Below, piece by piece: positions 1-13,138 of a stretch of 64,000 nucleotides of DNA. The position numbers and the translations under genes are program-made. This DNA comes from the human T2T-CHM13v2.0 reference genome, Homo sapiens. The stretch lies in the NCBI RefSeq assembly GCF_009914755.1, contig NC_060930.1. One strand, 5' to 3'. Positions within the stretch are counted from its first letter, which is position 1; each line of letters starts with the position of its first letter. The notes beneath the pieces were generated by a model. That model saw only the letters and a program-made list of their open reading frames with translations. It searched no databases and had not been told where the DNA came from.

Positions 1-554
1 TTTAATTGATTAAGGCCCATCTTGTTAGATATAGCCTAGTCTATCCACCTTTTGTATCCTGATTCTTTTCTCCAATTAAATAGACCATTTTCTCCCCTAC
101 ACACTTTGCTTGTAGCCCATTAGTGGCCCCAGTCCTGAGTTTCCTGCTGGTGTCATGGGCTGATTAGAGTTTTAGGCATTGTTTGGTGTACGTTTGGTAT
201 CATATGAAACATTTATGATTCTATGGAAAACTGAAAAATGAGATTAAGAAAGGTGTTGCACTTGATTCTCATGTTCTCTATGTCAGGGAATGGCAGTTCG
301 CCATCCAGGACAAGAGAAGATTGCTCCTATGTTCCACACTGATTCCCCTTGGCCCTTTTCTTTTTGTAGTTTTATGATATCTTTAGATTAAGAGGGAGAA
401 AATAATTCCATCACTAAAGAGTTGTGGATAATTCTTCTTTTGGGTAAATGTAGCTAGACATGCAAAAAGATGACTTGTCTTTTTGTATTAATTTCTGGAG
501 GAGAAGCATAGTCATGTGTAAATATGCAAAGTTCACTAGACTAAGTATTTTAGA

Positions 555-625
555 ACTGGAGAGTGTCTTTTACCTTATGCCGCCAATGCCTAAGATAGTG
601 CCTGGCACATAACAGTAGTGAGTAA
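555..625 (+). mobile_element. L2 3'-end fragment
   Basis: ccaatgcctaagatagtgcctggcacataacag resembles the L2/MIR terminal motif CAGTGCCTGGCACATAGTAGG. Confidence 0.5.
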
Positions 626-699
626 AGTAACCATACCTATTTCATGATACGCACTTCTGATTATTGAATATTGAATATATTATTATTGAATAAGGTTAA

Positions 700-928
700 G
701 CATTTATTATTGCTTTGTGCCAAACCCTGTTCCAATGCTCTATGTATGTTGATTCATTTGCTTCTTGAAGCAAGTAATAAAGTAGTAGTATCCCCATTTT
801 ATTGATAGAGAGACTGAGAAACAGGAAAGGTAAGTGACTTCCACATGTTGCATAACTACAAAGTAGCAATGCTAATATCTGTACATAGGCAATAGTATTC
901 CATGAGCCATTTCATTAACCATATGCCA
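700..928 (-). mobile_element. MIR SINE
   Basis: tatccccattttattgatagagagactgagaaacaggaaaggtaagtgactt matches the reverse-complement MIR core. Confidence 0.75.
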
Positions 929-929
929 G

Positions 930-1143
930 AATTTGTGCCGGGGTTTATGGATGCATTGTTGCATCTGATACTCATTATAACTTTATGATGTGGGTATTAT
1001 TTTTCCCATCTTAAACAATAAAGAACAAAATCTTAGGAAGTTTAGTCTTCCCATGATCACACAGCTAGTAAACTGCTGTTATTAGCAACTGGAGTTATGA
1101 TCTACTTCTGTCCGAAATCTAGTTTCTTAAACACTATGTATTG
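930..1143 (-). mobile_element. Second, tandem MIR SINE
   Basis: tattatttttcccatctt...cccatgatcacacagctagtaa matches reverse-complement MIR. Confidence 0.65.
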
Positions 1144-1218
1144 TAGATGCATGAGAAATGAGTATTGGATATCTAAATCTAAATTACTAGTTTTCAAGAA
1201 AGAAAGAAAAGTTATTCA

Positions 1219-1566
<348 letters not shown>

Positions 1567-2269
1567 AGAAACCTCTGAGATGTATGAGTTAATGATAGCT
1601 CCCTCTGCTGTGGCTAGAATAAATCAATTCATTAATACTTCTGATCCTGCACAAATAATCCTGTTCTGTCATAAAAGAGACTAAAAAAAAATTGGACTAA
1701 AATAACTATACACTTGGGACAACTAAATACCAAAAAGAAAAAGAATTAATCACAAATTGTTTCTGACTCACTTTTGTTCTGTGATTGAGGCATTGTTTCA
1801 CATATGGAATCAGCATTCATCATCCAACAATCCTCATATCTGTAGTGCATACTAAAAGCAAACTAGAAACTTAATCCCAGCTTGAATAATACACTGTAAT
1901 TTAAAATATTTTGTTAAAAATGTCATATTCTCTAATATTGTTTTCAAAAACAGTCAGGAAACACACAGACTTAGAATGTGTATATGTGAGCATGTCTGTA
2001 TAATGTGTAATAGTATATTAGGGCAAATGCTTAACTATTGTGCCTTGTGCAGTCTGAAGAGCTTTGGTATGTACTTATGGAATATTATTAGGATATACCT
2101 CAATATTTATATATTTAATTTTATGAAAAATTTAAAATTTATTTTCTATAAAGAAAACAGAATTGCTTTCTTTATTATCCTCATTACTCTTCATTTTGAG
2201 TTCTTAATACTGAAGTTCTTTCAATTTGGAAATTATTTACTGGCTAGAAGTCAAGACATGAAGAACTTA

Positions 2270-2360
2270 CTCTTTTCCAAGCCCTATGATGCATGTTGTA
2301 TTCACAATAAGGAAAGAAACTGATAAAGTCCCTGCTTATGGAACTTGCAGTCTAGTGCAT
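2270..2360 (-). mobile_element. L2 fragment
   Basis: aaagtccctgcttatggaacttgcagtctagtg resembles reverse-complement L2 3' region. Confidence 0.45.
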
Positions 2361-2590
2361 ATCAGTTGTCAGGTTAATACTTTAGCACAGGACATTAAAT
2401 GAGCCTCTTTCTCTTTGAACATGAATTCATCTGAGAGCCAATTTGCTTGGTTGGGTCTTACCTAAAAACAAAGTTAGAAGTCTAATTACTTAGTCTTTTG
2501 TGCAATTGTCTCCTTTGTTAAAAAGTATTTTATTCATGTACTTTAAATAAAGATGATTATGTATTATTGCATTTAAAAGTGACACAAAAT

Positions 2591-2708
2591 CTCTATTCTC
2601 TCTACTCTTTCTCCTTATTGTCCTTTTCCTCATCCTATTCTTATATTCATATCTTATCCTATTATTATCTTATATCCTCATCTATTCTGTCTTACGCTCA
2701 CACACACA
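2591..2708. repeat. Degenerate C/T/A low-complexity tract (TCTTAT-like)
   Basis: Almost G-free run of tcttat/tcctat/ctcat units. Confidence 0.6.
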
Positions 2709-3886
2709 ACTTTAGCAAGTCTTTTTTTTCCATGATAGGCATCTAATGCCTATTTAATATTGAGATAAAATAGTGTAAATGACACTTAGGAAACAAAATC
2801 TCTCAATTTTTTAATGCTTTCACCTTCATTTTCATTCCCTCTTTAGGAAATAATTTAAGTTTATTTAAATTTAATCAGTTTATCAGTTAATCCTGTAATT
2901 ATTTTTTCTTTGATAATTAGTTCCGTTGCTGTTCTTTTTCATTTGCATGTGCAGTTGTGTTTTAGCTTATAGTCTTTTCAGAAGTTAATGAGGTCTGCTA
3001 AGAGGCATATTGCCACAGCAAAAGCCAATTGGCTGGAATGCAGCAGCAGGGGAAGAATTCATTACCAAGGAGAATTCTAAAAGGGCAGCTGCTTACTAAA
3101 TGCTACAGCTATTAAGATGGCAGCTTCCTGCCATGACAGAGCATGTTTCATTGATTTTCCTCTTTCCCATTCTCATATTGTTTCCTAATGACAAATTGAG
3201 ACAGAAGCCCCACCTGCTATCAAAGGCATGTATAAGTGGGTTTTCAAATTATGTGCTTTCCTAATCATAAACTGTTGCTGCCTAAACAAGAGGGGGTTTT
3301 ACTTTTTAAAAATCTATAACTGTTCCATGAAATTCTCAAGATGAAGGTTGATTTTATTTGGATATTCTACTAGGACATTTAACAGAAACATACAAATTTT
3401 GATCTTTTGGTTGATACAATCATTAAAGTTAAAAAATGACGGTCAAAAAAGGTGCATTCTTGTTGCTTTTTTTTCATATGTTTTTTAAAGACTGGAATTA
3501 AGCCTCCTGTTATTTCTATTTAGTTTATCATAATAATCATTTCACTGTAATTTTTTTCCATTTGGAGATGTTTTATTGGAAAACATCTATCCTACACTAG
3601 AAATTTGTGATATCTCAAAGAAAAGAATCTTCCCTAACTGTGAAGAGCTCTTAAGCCTGGTATTGTCTATTTAGAATCATTGGCGGCTCACTATTCTATT
3701 TAGAGGCCAGAGGGGATTTTTTTCCTCACTCCAGTGCAAAACATCACCAGCAGTGGTTTTTCTCTAAATGTGCAACATCCACAATTCATAAATTTCTTGA
3801 TATAGAGGAAGGGAATTCACATTCCTGGGAGAAGTAATGACAAAAAGAGGAGAGAATGTCATCTGCACAATTACCTGGTAATAACT

Positions 3887-3913
3887 CACTGACGTTGGCT
3901 TTATCCTTTCCAG
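3887..3913 (+). promoter_or_regulatory. CLVS2: 3' splice site of last CLVS2 exon
   Basis: Branch point cactgAc (A at 3892), pyrimidine tract ctttatcctttc, CAG at 3911-3913. Confidence 0.85.
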
Positions 3914-4001
3914 ATCTCAATCAGTAGTGGATCCTACAGTACTAAAACGCATGGATAAAAATGAGGAAGAAAACATGCAACCATTGCTTTCTCTGGACTA
4001 A
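3914..4001 (+). CDS. CLVS2: Clavesin-2 terminal coding exon (phase-2 intron): (R)SQSVVDPTVLKRMDKNEEENMQPLLSLD*, with C-terminal clathrin box LLSLD
   Basis: Translated by hand from 3915; stop TAA at 3999-4001 followed by a second in-frame TAA; peptide recognised from memory as the clavesin-2 C-terminus (paralog CLVS1 ends QPLLALD); too short for the ORF track. Confidence 0.9.
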
Positions 4002-4910
4002 TAACTTCTCTACATCCCCTTCATGGATTAGAAATGGAAAGTATTGGTTTTCAGCAACAGGGACAACACTGTAGAGGAATTACCAGCTGGAAACCGACTT
4101 ATTCATGTTAATGTAGCATAATATATAACAAGGCATCAGGCTTTCCTTGGCCTGAACCATGGGGGCCCTGGGCTGGATTTTTAAAATGTCAATAATTTAT
4201 TCTGTAAGTGCCAAGTTGTTTGTAAATATAATGTAATCTTCATGTCAAGTTTGTAAATTTCAGTAGTAACTCAGTTTGGAAAAAGGTTGGCTCAAAAGTC
4301 CATGCCAGTGTTATGAACTATAACAAAAAGCAGAAAAGACACAGTCAAAGCTAATTAAATGTAGCCCTCTTTCCTATGAAGCCATATTTCAGCTCTCATA
4401 GTGATTGTTTCATTGTTTTTCTCTGAAACTCTGTCAGTATTCAAACATACTCTTAACGGGCACACACAACTAAGTGATTCCAGGAAATTTTATGATTAAT
4501 GTATTTCCTGTCTAGTGATTTTCATTTCAGAGAAATGTGTCTTAGTAACTATCATTGGCCTTGCATTTTGGAGGCAAGGAATGGCAGATGAGCTGGTAAA
4601 CTGAACACTTGAACTCTTCTATGTTGTTTAATTCTTGGAATCTTGTGAAAAGATGTGTTTCCTCAATTAAGACGTAGAAATGTAAAAAAGAGTGGATTCT
4701 TTTTAAATTGCTGTCTTCACAATGTGCCCTTTATTCAAGACCCTATTATATTTCTTCCTAATGTACTCTAAGTACATTTCCCCTCCAAAACTCTTTGACT
4801 AAGAGAATGAGAACTCATGTGAACAGTGTTCTGACAGCTAATTTTGAACATAAAATTTTCCACTTACAGATGAGGGGCTAATTTCTAATTGTTGTGCACT
4901 GGTTAAAAAG

Positions 4911-4942
4911 TATATATATATATATATTCACACATATATATT
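4911..4942. repeat. (TA)n microsatellite
   Basis: tatatatatatatatattcacacatatatatat. Confidence 0.9.
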
Positions 4943-6580
4943 TTTACTGAGCTCTAATAAATCCTTAATGTGACAGGCTTATAAAATAAATCATAGATAT
5001 TCAATGATCTTATGGATAATTACATGAGATAACTCTGGAAAACTACTTCCACTGAAGTTAATGAAAAGGAGAAATAGTGAAACTGACTTTCAGTGTACCT
5101 ATTTAAAGGAATTCCAAGTTAATTTATAATGCAATCTTACATATGTGCCATCTTATTTGAACTATATTTTTCCTTCAAAGAAGCAATAGGTCTCAACATA
5201 GTGTAGGTAGCATCAGGTGACAGAAAGCCAATTTTATTTTCAAATTTAAGTTAATTATCTTCGTGATCCTATTTATCCACAATTTCTTTCAGAAAAGACT
5301 GAAAAAACACATTATATTCAGGAGATATAATGAAATTATTGGAAGGCATCTATGACAACATGTAATCATTTATACGTGGATTTAGAAATTTGCATATTTA
5401 ACATTTTATTTCATAAAATTTATACAATTACAGCAAATCTTAATTTTTTAATTTTAAATTTCAATGTGAAAAAATGATTTTTATCACCCATAATAAATTT
5501 TGAGATTGAGAGTTTACCATTAAAGTATTCTTTTGGAAGAAAAATATCTCAGAAACTCTTGGAAACCAACAAAAATAAAGGCATGTGTCAGCCTTCATAT
5601 TTTTTGGCCAAAAGCTCCCAAAATTTGTTATAATTCTGCAGCCAAAAATTGTAAAAGCAAGCTGAATACACCAATGTACAGTGTATCAATGGACTGCCTC
5701 ATGTGTGTAAAAATACATTAATTAACACAAATGAAAGATACCTTAATAATGCCAACCTCCAGTCAAGTGCAGAAGAATAATGACTGTCAGGCACTCTGCT
5801 CTCCTTGTGACTTTTACAGAGATTGGAATGCACTGGGGACAACATGTCTCAGCAGTTCTTACCTTTATAAGAATTCTAACCATTGATATTCTTACATTCT
5901 TGCCTACCTGACATACATTTTGTAGCCATGGGCTTTTTAGACTATATAAATCTTAGGCAGTATAATCCATTGGAATAAAATAGAAACATTGTAAGTGCAG
6001 AGGGCAGTCAACTTTTCATTCTCATGAGTTTCTCTTGATGTGTACCATTTATTGCCAGTTTTCAGAATTCTGCCAGTTTCAGATGTCAACCAGCATTGGC
6101 AGCTTCTTTCCCCTATCGTAAAGTTAGTGTCATATATAAAAATAACTAGAAAGGCATATTTTATATGTATGCCTATCTAATTATAAGTATCATTCACACT
6201 GTCTCCCAGACCCACATTTGGAAAGTTTGCATTGCATTACTGCTCATCTTTAGATGAGCAATTGAGAGTTGGCTAGATTGTGTAAAATATTTTAAAATGA
6301 ATGAACAAATTACAATGATGATGCCTTTTGAAATTACCATATCTAGTTCATTCTGTGAATAAACTCATTTTCTAGTAATGTTTGTGAACCTTAGTCAAGG
6401 GATATTCATTCAACTTTATAAATTTACCCCTCAGCACCAGCTATCTAGCACTGTTTAGGAATTTTTCCCTTCATGATATTCTGTGTCACATCCTATGTCT
6501 ATGAATAACCTATACACTATAGTTGTATGCCTATAAGCACTCCTATACTCTTGTATTTTAATTGCAATAGTATACCTCCA

Positions 6581-6639
6581 CTCTCTCTCTCTCTCTCATA
6601 CACACACACACACACACTCTTACACACACACTAACACAC
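6581..6639. repeat. Compound (CT)n(CA)n microsatellite
   Basis: Seen directly. Confidence 0.9.
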
Positions 6640-9600
6640 TAGACTGTTTGCCCTAATGAATTTTCCTCTGTACTTCGAGAGCTATTTTAGTTGTCTTGTC
6701 ACTTGAAATTTGCGGGCTTCAAAGAATTATCGCATTTGACTTGGAATGGTCCAGTAGTCCATTTACTTCTTTCACCCTGCCTGTTCCATCTTCTATTTCT
6801 GATATTTTTTCTTTCTTCCAGTTATTTCAGGGGCAGGTGATTCCAAAGCTGGTTTAAAAATAAATAACTTCTCTTATGTTGTCAGTGATGTTTGCCTGCA
6901 TTTTTGACTACTATTTAAGAGGGAAGAGATTATCATGAAAATATACTCTAAGAAATATGAAGAAGTGCCTCTTTGAAAATGGAATAAAGCAACGTTACTG
7001 GCATATGGATTTTATTTGTACTCTCTTCCAAAAAGTAAATACGTAAATCTATATTATATAGGTGAAATATAGATATCATTTGAAGAAGGATATTTAAGGC
7101 CTTTATTTGAACATACTCATACAGTATTAAGTCTCTGTTGTGTAAGTTAAATACAGTAACTTTAGTACATGTTAATGATAAACGTGGCACTAGGCTAAAA
7201 CGATATACGAGTATTAAACAGAGTTTTGCAAGCAAGTTTTTGAAGTGGGCATGCATGAATTCTTTCATTTCAGTAATGGTTTGCATAAGTGTAGACAGAG
7301 ATATTTCCTAAGTTTTTTCATATAGAATACTTATTTACTTTATAGTACCAAAAATTCATACATTCATAAGCAGGAAAGCCAAAAATTCATACATTAATAC
7401 TTAGCTTTTTTAATACTGTTAACTAGGTCATATTGTTAAACATGTGAAGCGTCTGTAATATTCCTGAGGGAAAAGAGGTCCCTCTATTGCATCAAGAAAT
7501 TGGAGAGTTGTTTTAGACATTGGGGAATATGTTTATGACTCTTCACATAAAGAAACCTTCAGAGCCATGGAGTATGTCTTCAGGGACAGGGATCATTTGC
7601 TTCTACAATGTAAAGGTTTATGGACATATCTCTGGTCCTTTAAAGAAGTTACATTAAGAAAGCTTGCTGAGAGGCTGTACACTCTTCTGTTGTTTTATTT
7701 AAAGGTCTGCCTTGTGTGGTTGGTGAATAATATCTCAGCTTCTTTTTTTGTGTATATTTATTAATGATTACATGAAAAGTTGCCATCAGCCATGAGGACA
7801 CTTCAAAAATTTTCAACACACTAAATAAAATGAGCAGAGCTCTAGCATGATATTTGAACTTTCAGATATGGTATATGTACATTTTTTACAACAATAAGCT
7901 CATAGGCATATATTCCATTGTAGATCTGCTATATAAATACATAGCCTGAAACATAGTAATGCATTTGAAATTTGTGAGGTCACTGATCATACAAGAAGAG
8001 GCAGATTATAAACCAACATATTGGAACAAAAGAAGATTGGTTAAATATGCAAGGTGTGTAATTATCTTCAGTAATGAAAAGGATTTGTTTTCTTGTTTTT
8101 GTCTTTGGTTTTAGTTGAAAAAATAGCTTCCCATATGCTACTGGAACTATTTGACATTATTTGCTACATGAAAAAAGGCAAATAAGTAAACATACAAAAG
8201 AAGCTTGGCTTTGTAACATTATTATATTATGATCTCAATGGCTTAGAGAATATAATCTTTTTTAAGAATTAAAGATTTTATTTTATAAATATTTGGAGGT
8301 TAACATAGGACATGAAAATAGTGCTGTGGATTCTGTTATGTACTAACTATGGGAATGAATTCTCCAGTACCATAGGAAAATATATAAGATAACAACTTTG
8401 TGGATTGAAACACTCAAATTAGCCTTTTTTTCAAGGAAGCAGGTGTACAAATGATGCTATTGAAATAAAAAAATGTAGAAATCACTTAATTATAGGAGTT
8501 AAATATAATCAATGCACTCATGGTAAATAATGGAAATTGTTAAAATTTAGAAGAGTTTTGTCATTATTTGACTTAGATTTAAGTCTCAGTGCAAATATGT
8601 CTGTCCTTGATATAGTGCATTTATTCTGTAAGACTTATTTTACCTGGTGAACGAGATGGACTTAGGTGAAAATAAATTTTAACCACAGTTTTAAGGGTCA
8701 CCCAATCCTCAACTACTTTAAAAAATTGCAATGAATTTTAATTCATTTACTTTTAACAGAGATACAAAGCACTGTCTTGTTTCTAATCCAATTTTTCAAT
8801 TTTTCAGATTTTATATTTGCTTAAACAATAAATAAAACTCAGAAAACCAAATAGTTTTTGTTTTCAAAGCTATCCAGGAAAAATAAAAGATGTCTAACAG
8901 GAAATCATACAAGTCCTTGAAGAATACTGAGTATATTATTTGCTATTTTACTCAAATGTTATTAATTTTTACTACTACAAACTACTTATTTAGTACTACA
9001 CGGCATTTACTATTTGGCCTTTTGAAGGAGTTATAAATTCCAAAACACTATAATATAATTTTTGGACAAGTATACATTTCTGTTTAAAAGAAATGTATGC
9101 TTTTATTTTGTATATTTTATATTTTAAATGTATACATTTATTTTGCACATTGTTAATGTTAAATTTGGTAGTCCTGGATCTGCTGCATCTATAAAATGGA
9201 GATTTCTTTAAAAAATCGTCTAAAAATTAGCAATATTTTTATTTTGAGAGAAATTGTGCTTAGCTATTTAAGTTAAGATTCCTCAAGTTTGTGATATTTG
9301 TATGTGTGGGGATCAAAGAGGAAAATATATAGTAATTTGTTTCATCAAAATGACGTATTCAATATTCTATAACTTCTAGTCAAACTTTCAAATGAAAGTT
9401 TGAAAGAAGTAAACTAATGTTTTAATTACATATAGCAAAGGAATGATCAGTAAATAAAATAACTAGGGTTTTCACATTTGCAATAGAATGACTGGATTAG
9501 GCAAGAGATTAAATTTAGAAATTTGAATTACAGAAAAGCATTGGTTTAAATAAATCCTCAAAAAAGTAATCCCAGGTCAAAATATGATGTGAAATTAAAA

Positions 9601-10389
9601 AAAAAATTCAGCCTGATTTGAGAAAGAATGCTTACTCAATAAATATGTATTTGTGTCTTCTGTGAGTTTCCCTCATTTATCCTATCTGTGGATGAAAAGT
9701 CATCTAATAAGGTATAAGAGACTCAATTACATTTACCTAGAACCATCTACAAGTAGACTTCATGAATTTCTTTGGCTCAAACTCAGAGGATTTTCTTTAC
9801 ACAGGATTCTTGAGGTTATCAAGAATCGTTATTGCTGCTCCCTCCTAAAGGCAGGCCAGGAGAAGCCACATTTCCAGCAGTAGTATCCTCAGTGGGAATG
9901 AACCAGAAAACAAAGAAAAAGCCAGAGATATTGTCTCCACTCTCGTTACAAAAAAGTGCGTTCCTTCTTCAGGAGGATCGAGTAGAAAATATTTTCTACT
10001 CGAAGAGGCCATGGGGAAGTGATGGTCAAATCTCTGTTGTGAAGCAAGTTTCCACACAGAAACATCATCAAAAACACGTACCTCTGAGCATCACTTCTTT
10101 CTCTAAAAATAAAAATAAATATGCTGTTTTCCTCCCTTTTTTCTAATTGGCATCATAAAAGTATAAGAAGCCACAAATGCATTGTTGCCACTTAAGAAAA
10201 AAATCCTATGTTATACATATATGAACATAATTCACTTAGTTGCATATGATTGAAATATTTGCATGCTGGTTTATAAATTATTACCTAAAAGTTTTATGAA
10301 ATATAATTATTAAGTTTTAGTGCTAGAAAAATTGTTGTTTTTTGTGTTTTGTATTCATAGGGAAGACTAGTAATATCCCTTACTCCTCA

Positions 10390-11440
10390 TTCATATAGCT
10401 AACAATTTTAATTGGATGGCTAATGGATATGGCGGATTTAACATTTACAAAACCAAACTACTTTCACTCTGACCCTGCTTCCCCTTTAGCCTTCTCATCT
10501 CACTATGTGTCGACCCCAATCTTCCAGTTTCTAGGAATAAAAATTTTGGAGTCATCCTCTCTTTCCTTCCTCTTTTTCTTTCAAAACTACATCACATCAG
10601 CTAGCTCATGCTGTTGGGTCTTCAAAATATATCCACACTCTAACCACTTCTCCAATCTTCTTCACTGTATTGGACCAAGTCTTCAACATTTTCCATCTGG
10701 AATATTTTAATAATCTAAAAACTAGTCTTCTTGCTTCCAGAGTCAATTTTCAACACATTAGCAAGAGTGAGTCTCTTAAAATGTAACTCAGACCATTTTG
10801 TTCTCCAAACCCTCTGAAAGAGTAAAAGCCGATGTCTTTATATCAGTGTATGAGAAGTCTTGATATGAAGGCAGTAAGCACCAGTACAGCAACATAGCAT
10901 GGTTTCTGATTGGGCTGGCATTTTTGCTGGTACTATGAAAAAATAGTTGTTAAATACTTTAATTTCTTGCTTCTGAAGTTCTCTACCCCGTTCTTGCCTT
11001 TTCTTAGATAATCTCTTAAGAATCTCTCCTTTATTTACTGCTGCCAAACTGTCATCTTTGCTGTTCCAGGAACTTGCTAAGCATGCCTCTACCTCAGGAC
11101 TTTCGCATTTCTGTTCCCTTTGCCTCTAATTTCAGATATCCACGTGGTTTATTCCCTCATCTTCTTCAGGTATTTGCTTAAATGTCATCTTCTTTGTGAG
11201 GACTCTCTTTCCTAATTTTAGATGAAACAGCCCTGTGGTTCTTCATATTCTCCTTTCCTGCTGTATTTCCTCTCCATAGCATTTATCACCTGATACACCA
11301 TACAGATTATTTATTTACTTTGCATTTCCCCCCAATAGCAATGTGAACTCCACAAGGGCAGGAATTTTTGTCTGTTTACTACTGCATTACTGGTGCCTTG
11401 TACAGTCCCTGGAACTTAACAAATCCAAAATGATTTCATG
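10390..11440 (+). mobile_element. L2 (L2a-like) 3' ~1 kb, sense within the 3'UTR; possible small unrelated insert at ~10870-10975
   Basis: aaaattttggagtcatcct, cttcaaaatatatcc, agcaagagtgagtctcttaaaatgtaactcaga, gtgaactccacaagggcaggaatttttgtctgttt. Confidence 0.8.
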
Positions 11441-13138
11441 AGGATCCTAATTTGTTTCAGCAAGTTATGTAACGGCCAATAGTATGAATTGAAAGAGTTT
11501 CTTGTTGTCTTAATTTAAAAAATTTTGTTATTTATCTTCAAAGGGGAAATTTTACCCTCTCATGATAATAGAATCATGAATCAAAAATGATATCCTCTTC
11601 TCCCCAATTGTGATCTCTATCCCTGAGCCTAAGTTTTACATCAGTATTTCAGTTTTGTCTTTAGAAGTTACTCAACGATCACTGGACCCTATATCTATCC
11701 ACATGGCTTACTCTTGGAGAGACTACAAGATAGCTCAGGGGAAAAGTCATTTTGAGATTAAAACTACATGGAATTGTTCTTTATGGATTATCATGGTTAA
11801 TTTCAATTTTTAAAAATATGCAGGAAGTTAAAAGACTATAATTCCAGTATTGGAAGCCAGTTTAAGAGAATATGACTATGTAGTTACTTTTAATGGAAAG
11901 GGGAAGAAGAGGAAGAAAAAGGAAAGACATTGTGTTCGTATCTTCTCTGCAACAATTATAAAATGAATGAGGAAGTATTTTGGTGTTTCTAAGGTCTTTC
12001 CATGATCTTGAAATCTATATATTATAGTCATTTAGTCTGTGAACCATTTTAACAATTGGGTTTCATGTTACATATCTTTAAATTTTTATGTTGAAAATTT
12101 ATAGCTGTGACACAAGATGATAGAAATTGCTCATGCTCACATATATTCCAACTGGCTTTTCAGCTTGCTCCCTTCTCTTTTAATTTCAGCTATCATTTTT
12201 AGAGCCTTACAGTCACAATTGTTCTTAACTATCCCAAATTTTTATTTCCTATTTGGACTGACTTCTCCATAATTTTAGTAACTAAATGACCTAGATATTG
12301 GTTCTTGTTGTGATAGGTTTCTGATTTGTATCCTTTGCAGTTTAACTTTTAATCCTTACCAAACATATGTTATTCCTTTTCTTCAGCTACATTGTTGTGC
12401 CTTTCCCAACACTGTAATAATTTAAGCCTCCTGTTTTATAATCTTCTATCAGAACATATATTAAGAAGACACTGAATTTAAAGAATCAGCAGGTGATGTT
12501 GAAGAAGAAATATAACCTGAAATATAAGAATAGATGTTTGAAACTGTTTCAGAAGTTAACCAGTCTTTTAGTGGCTTTGTAATGGGTAGGGGTTTTATTC
12601 CTCTTTGTGTGCTATGTAGGACATTGTTAACCAATATAGATTATGTTTCTTGTCAGTTACACAAGGATAGGTAATCAGGGTTAACAGTTCGGAAAACATT
12701 CTCTAGAGAAGAGACTAATGATTCTTGCTCACAAACAAGGCAGAATTTCCTTATGTTTCTTAATATTTGATCCTTGATAGTCTGTACAGTGGAAACCATT
12801 TCCCTCTGTGATATCCTTTTTTGCCAACCTATATGAATGTGTTTAGCGTCACTTCAGATATAGAGTTCAAGCTCAAGTATACACAGCACATGAAAGATCC
12901 TATAGTTCATGTTCTCTTAGGTTGAATTTTCTTTTCATAATTTTTTATGATTGAATTCTAAGGGTATGTTCCTTGGTAAATTGTGTTAATTATGTCCACT
13001 TTATAATGGATTTAACAATTTTACAAAGCAGATCATTGTTTATTATATTCTGAAAACCATTATATTAATATTTTATTTCTTTTTTTGCAGAGAAACTATT
13101 GTCTTTTTTGATTTCTGAGGATGAATGAAGTACTGTTA

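Noticed and set aside
3914-3958. Phase-0 reading of the last exon (ISISSGSYSTKTHG*)
   Set aside because: The other frame gives the recognisable clavesin C-terminus with its clathrin box
6642-12840. Scattered miRNA seed matches (miR-132 at 6642, miR-124 at 12397, miR-181 at 12834)
   Set aside because: Single 7-mers are expected by chance in 9 kb; conservation cannot be judged here
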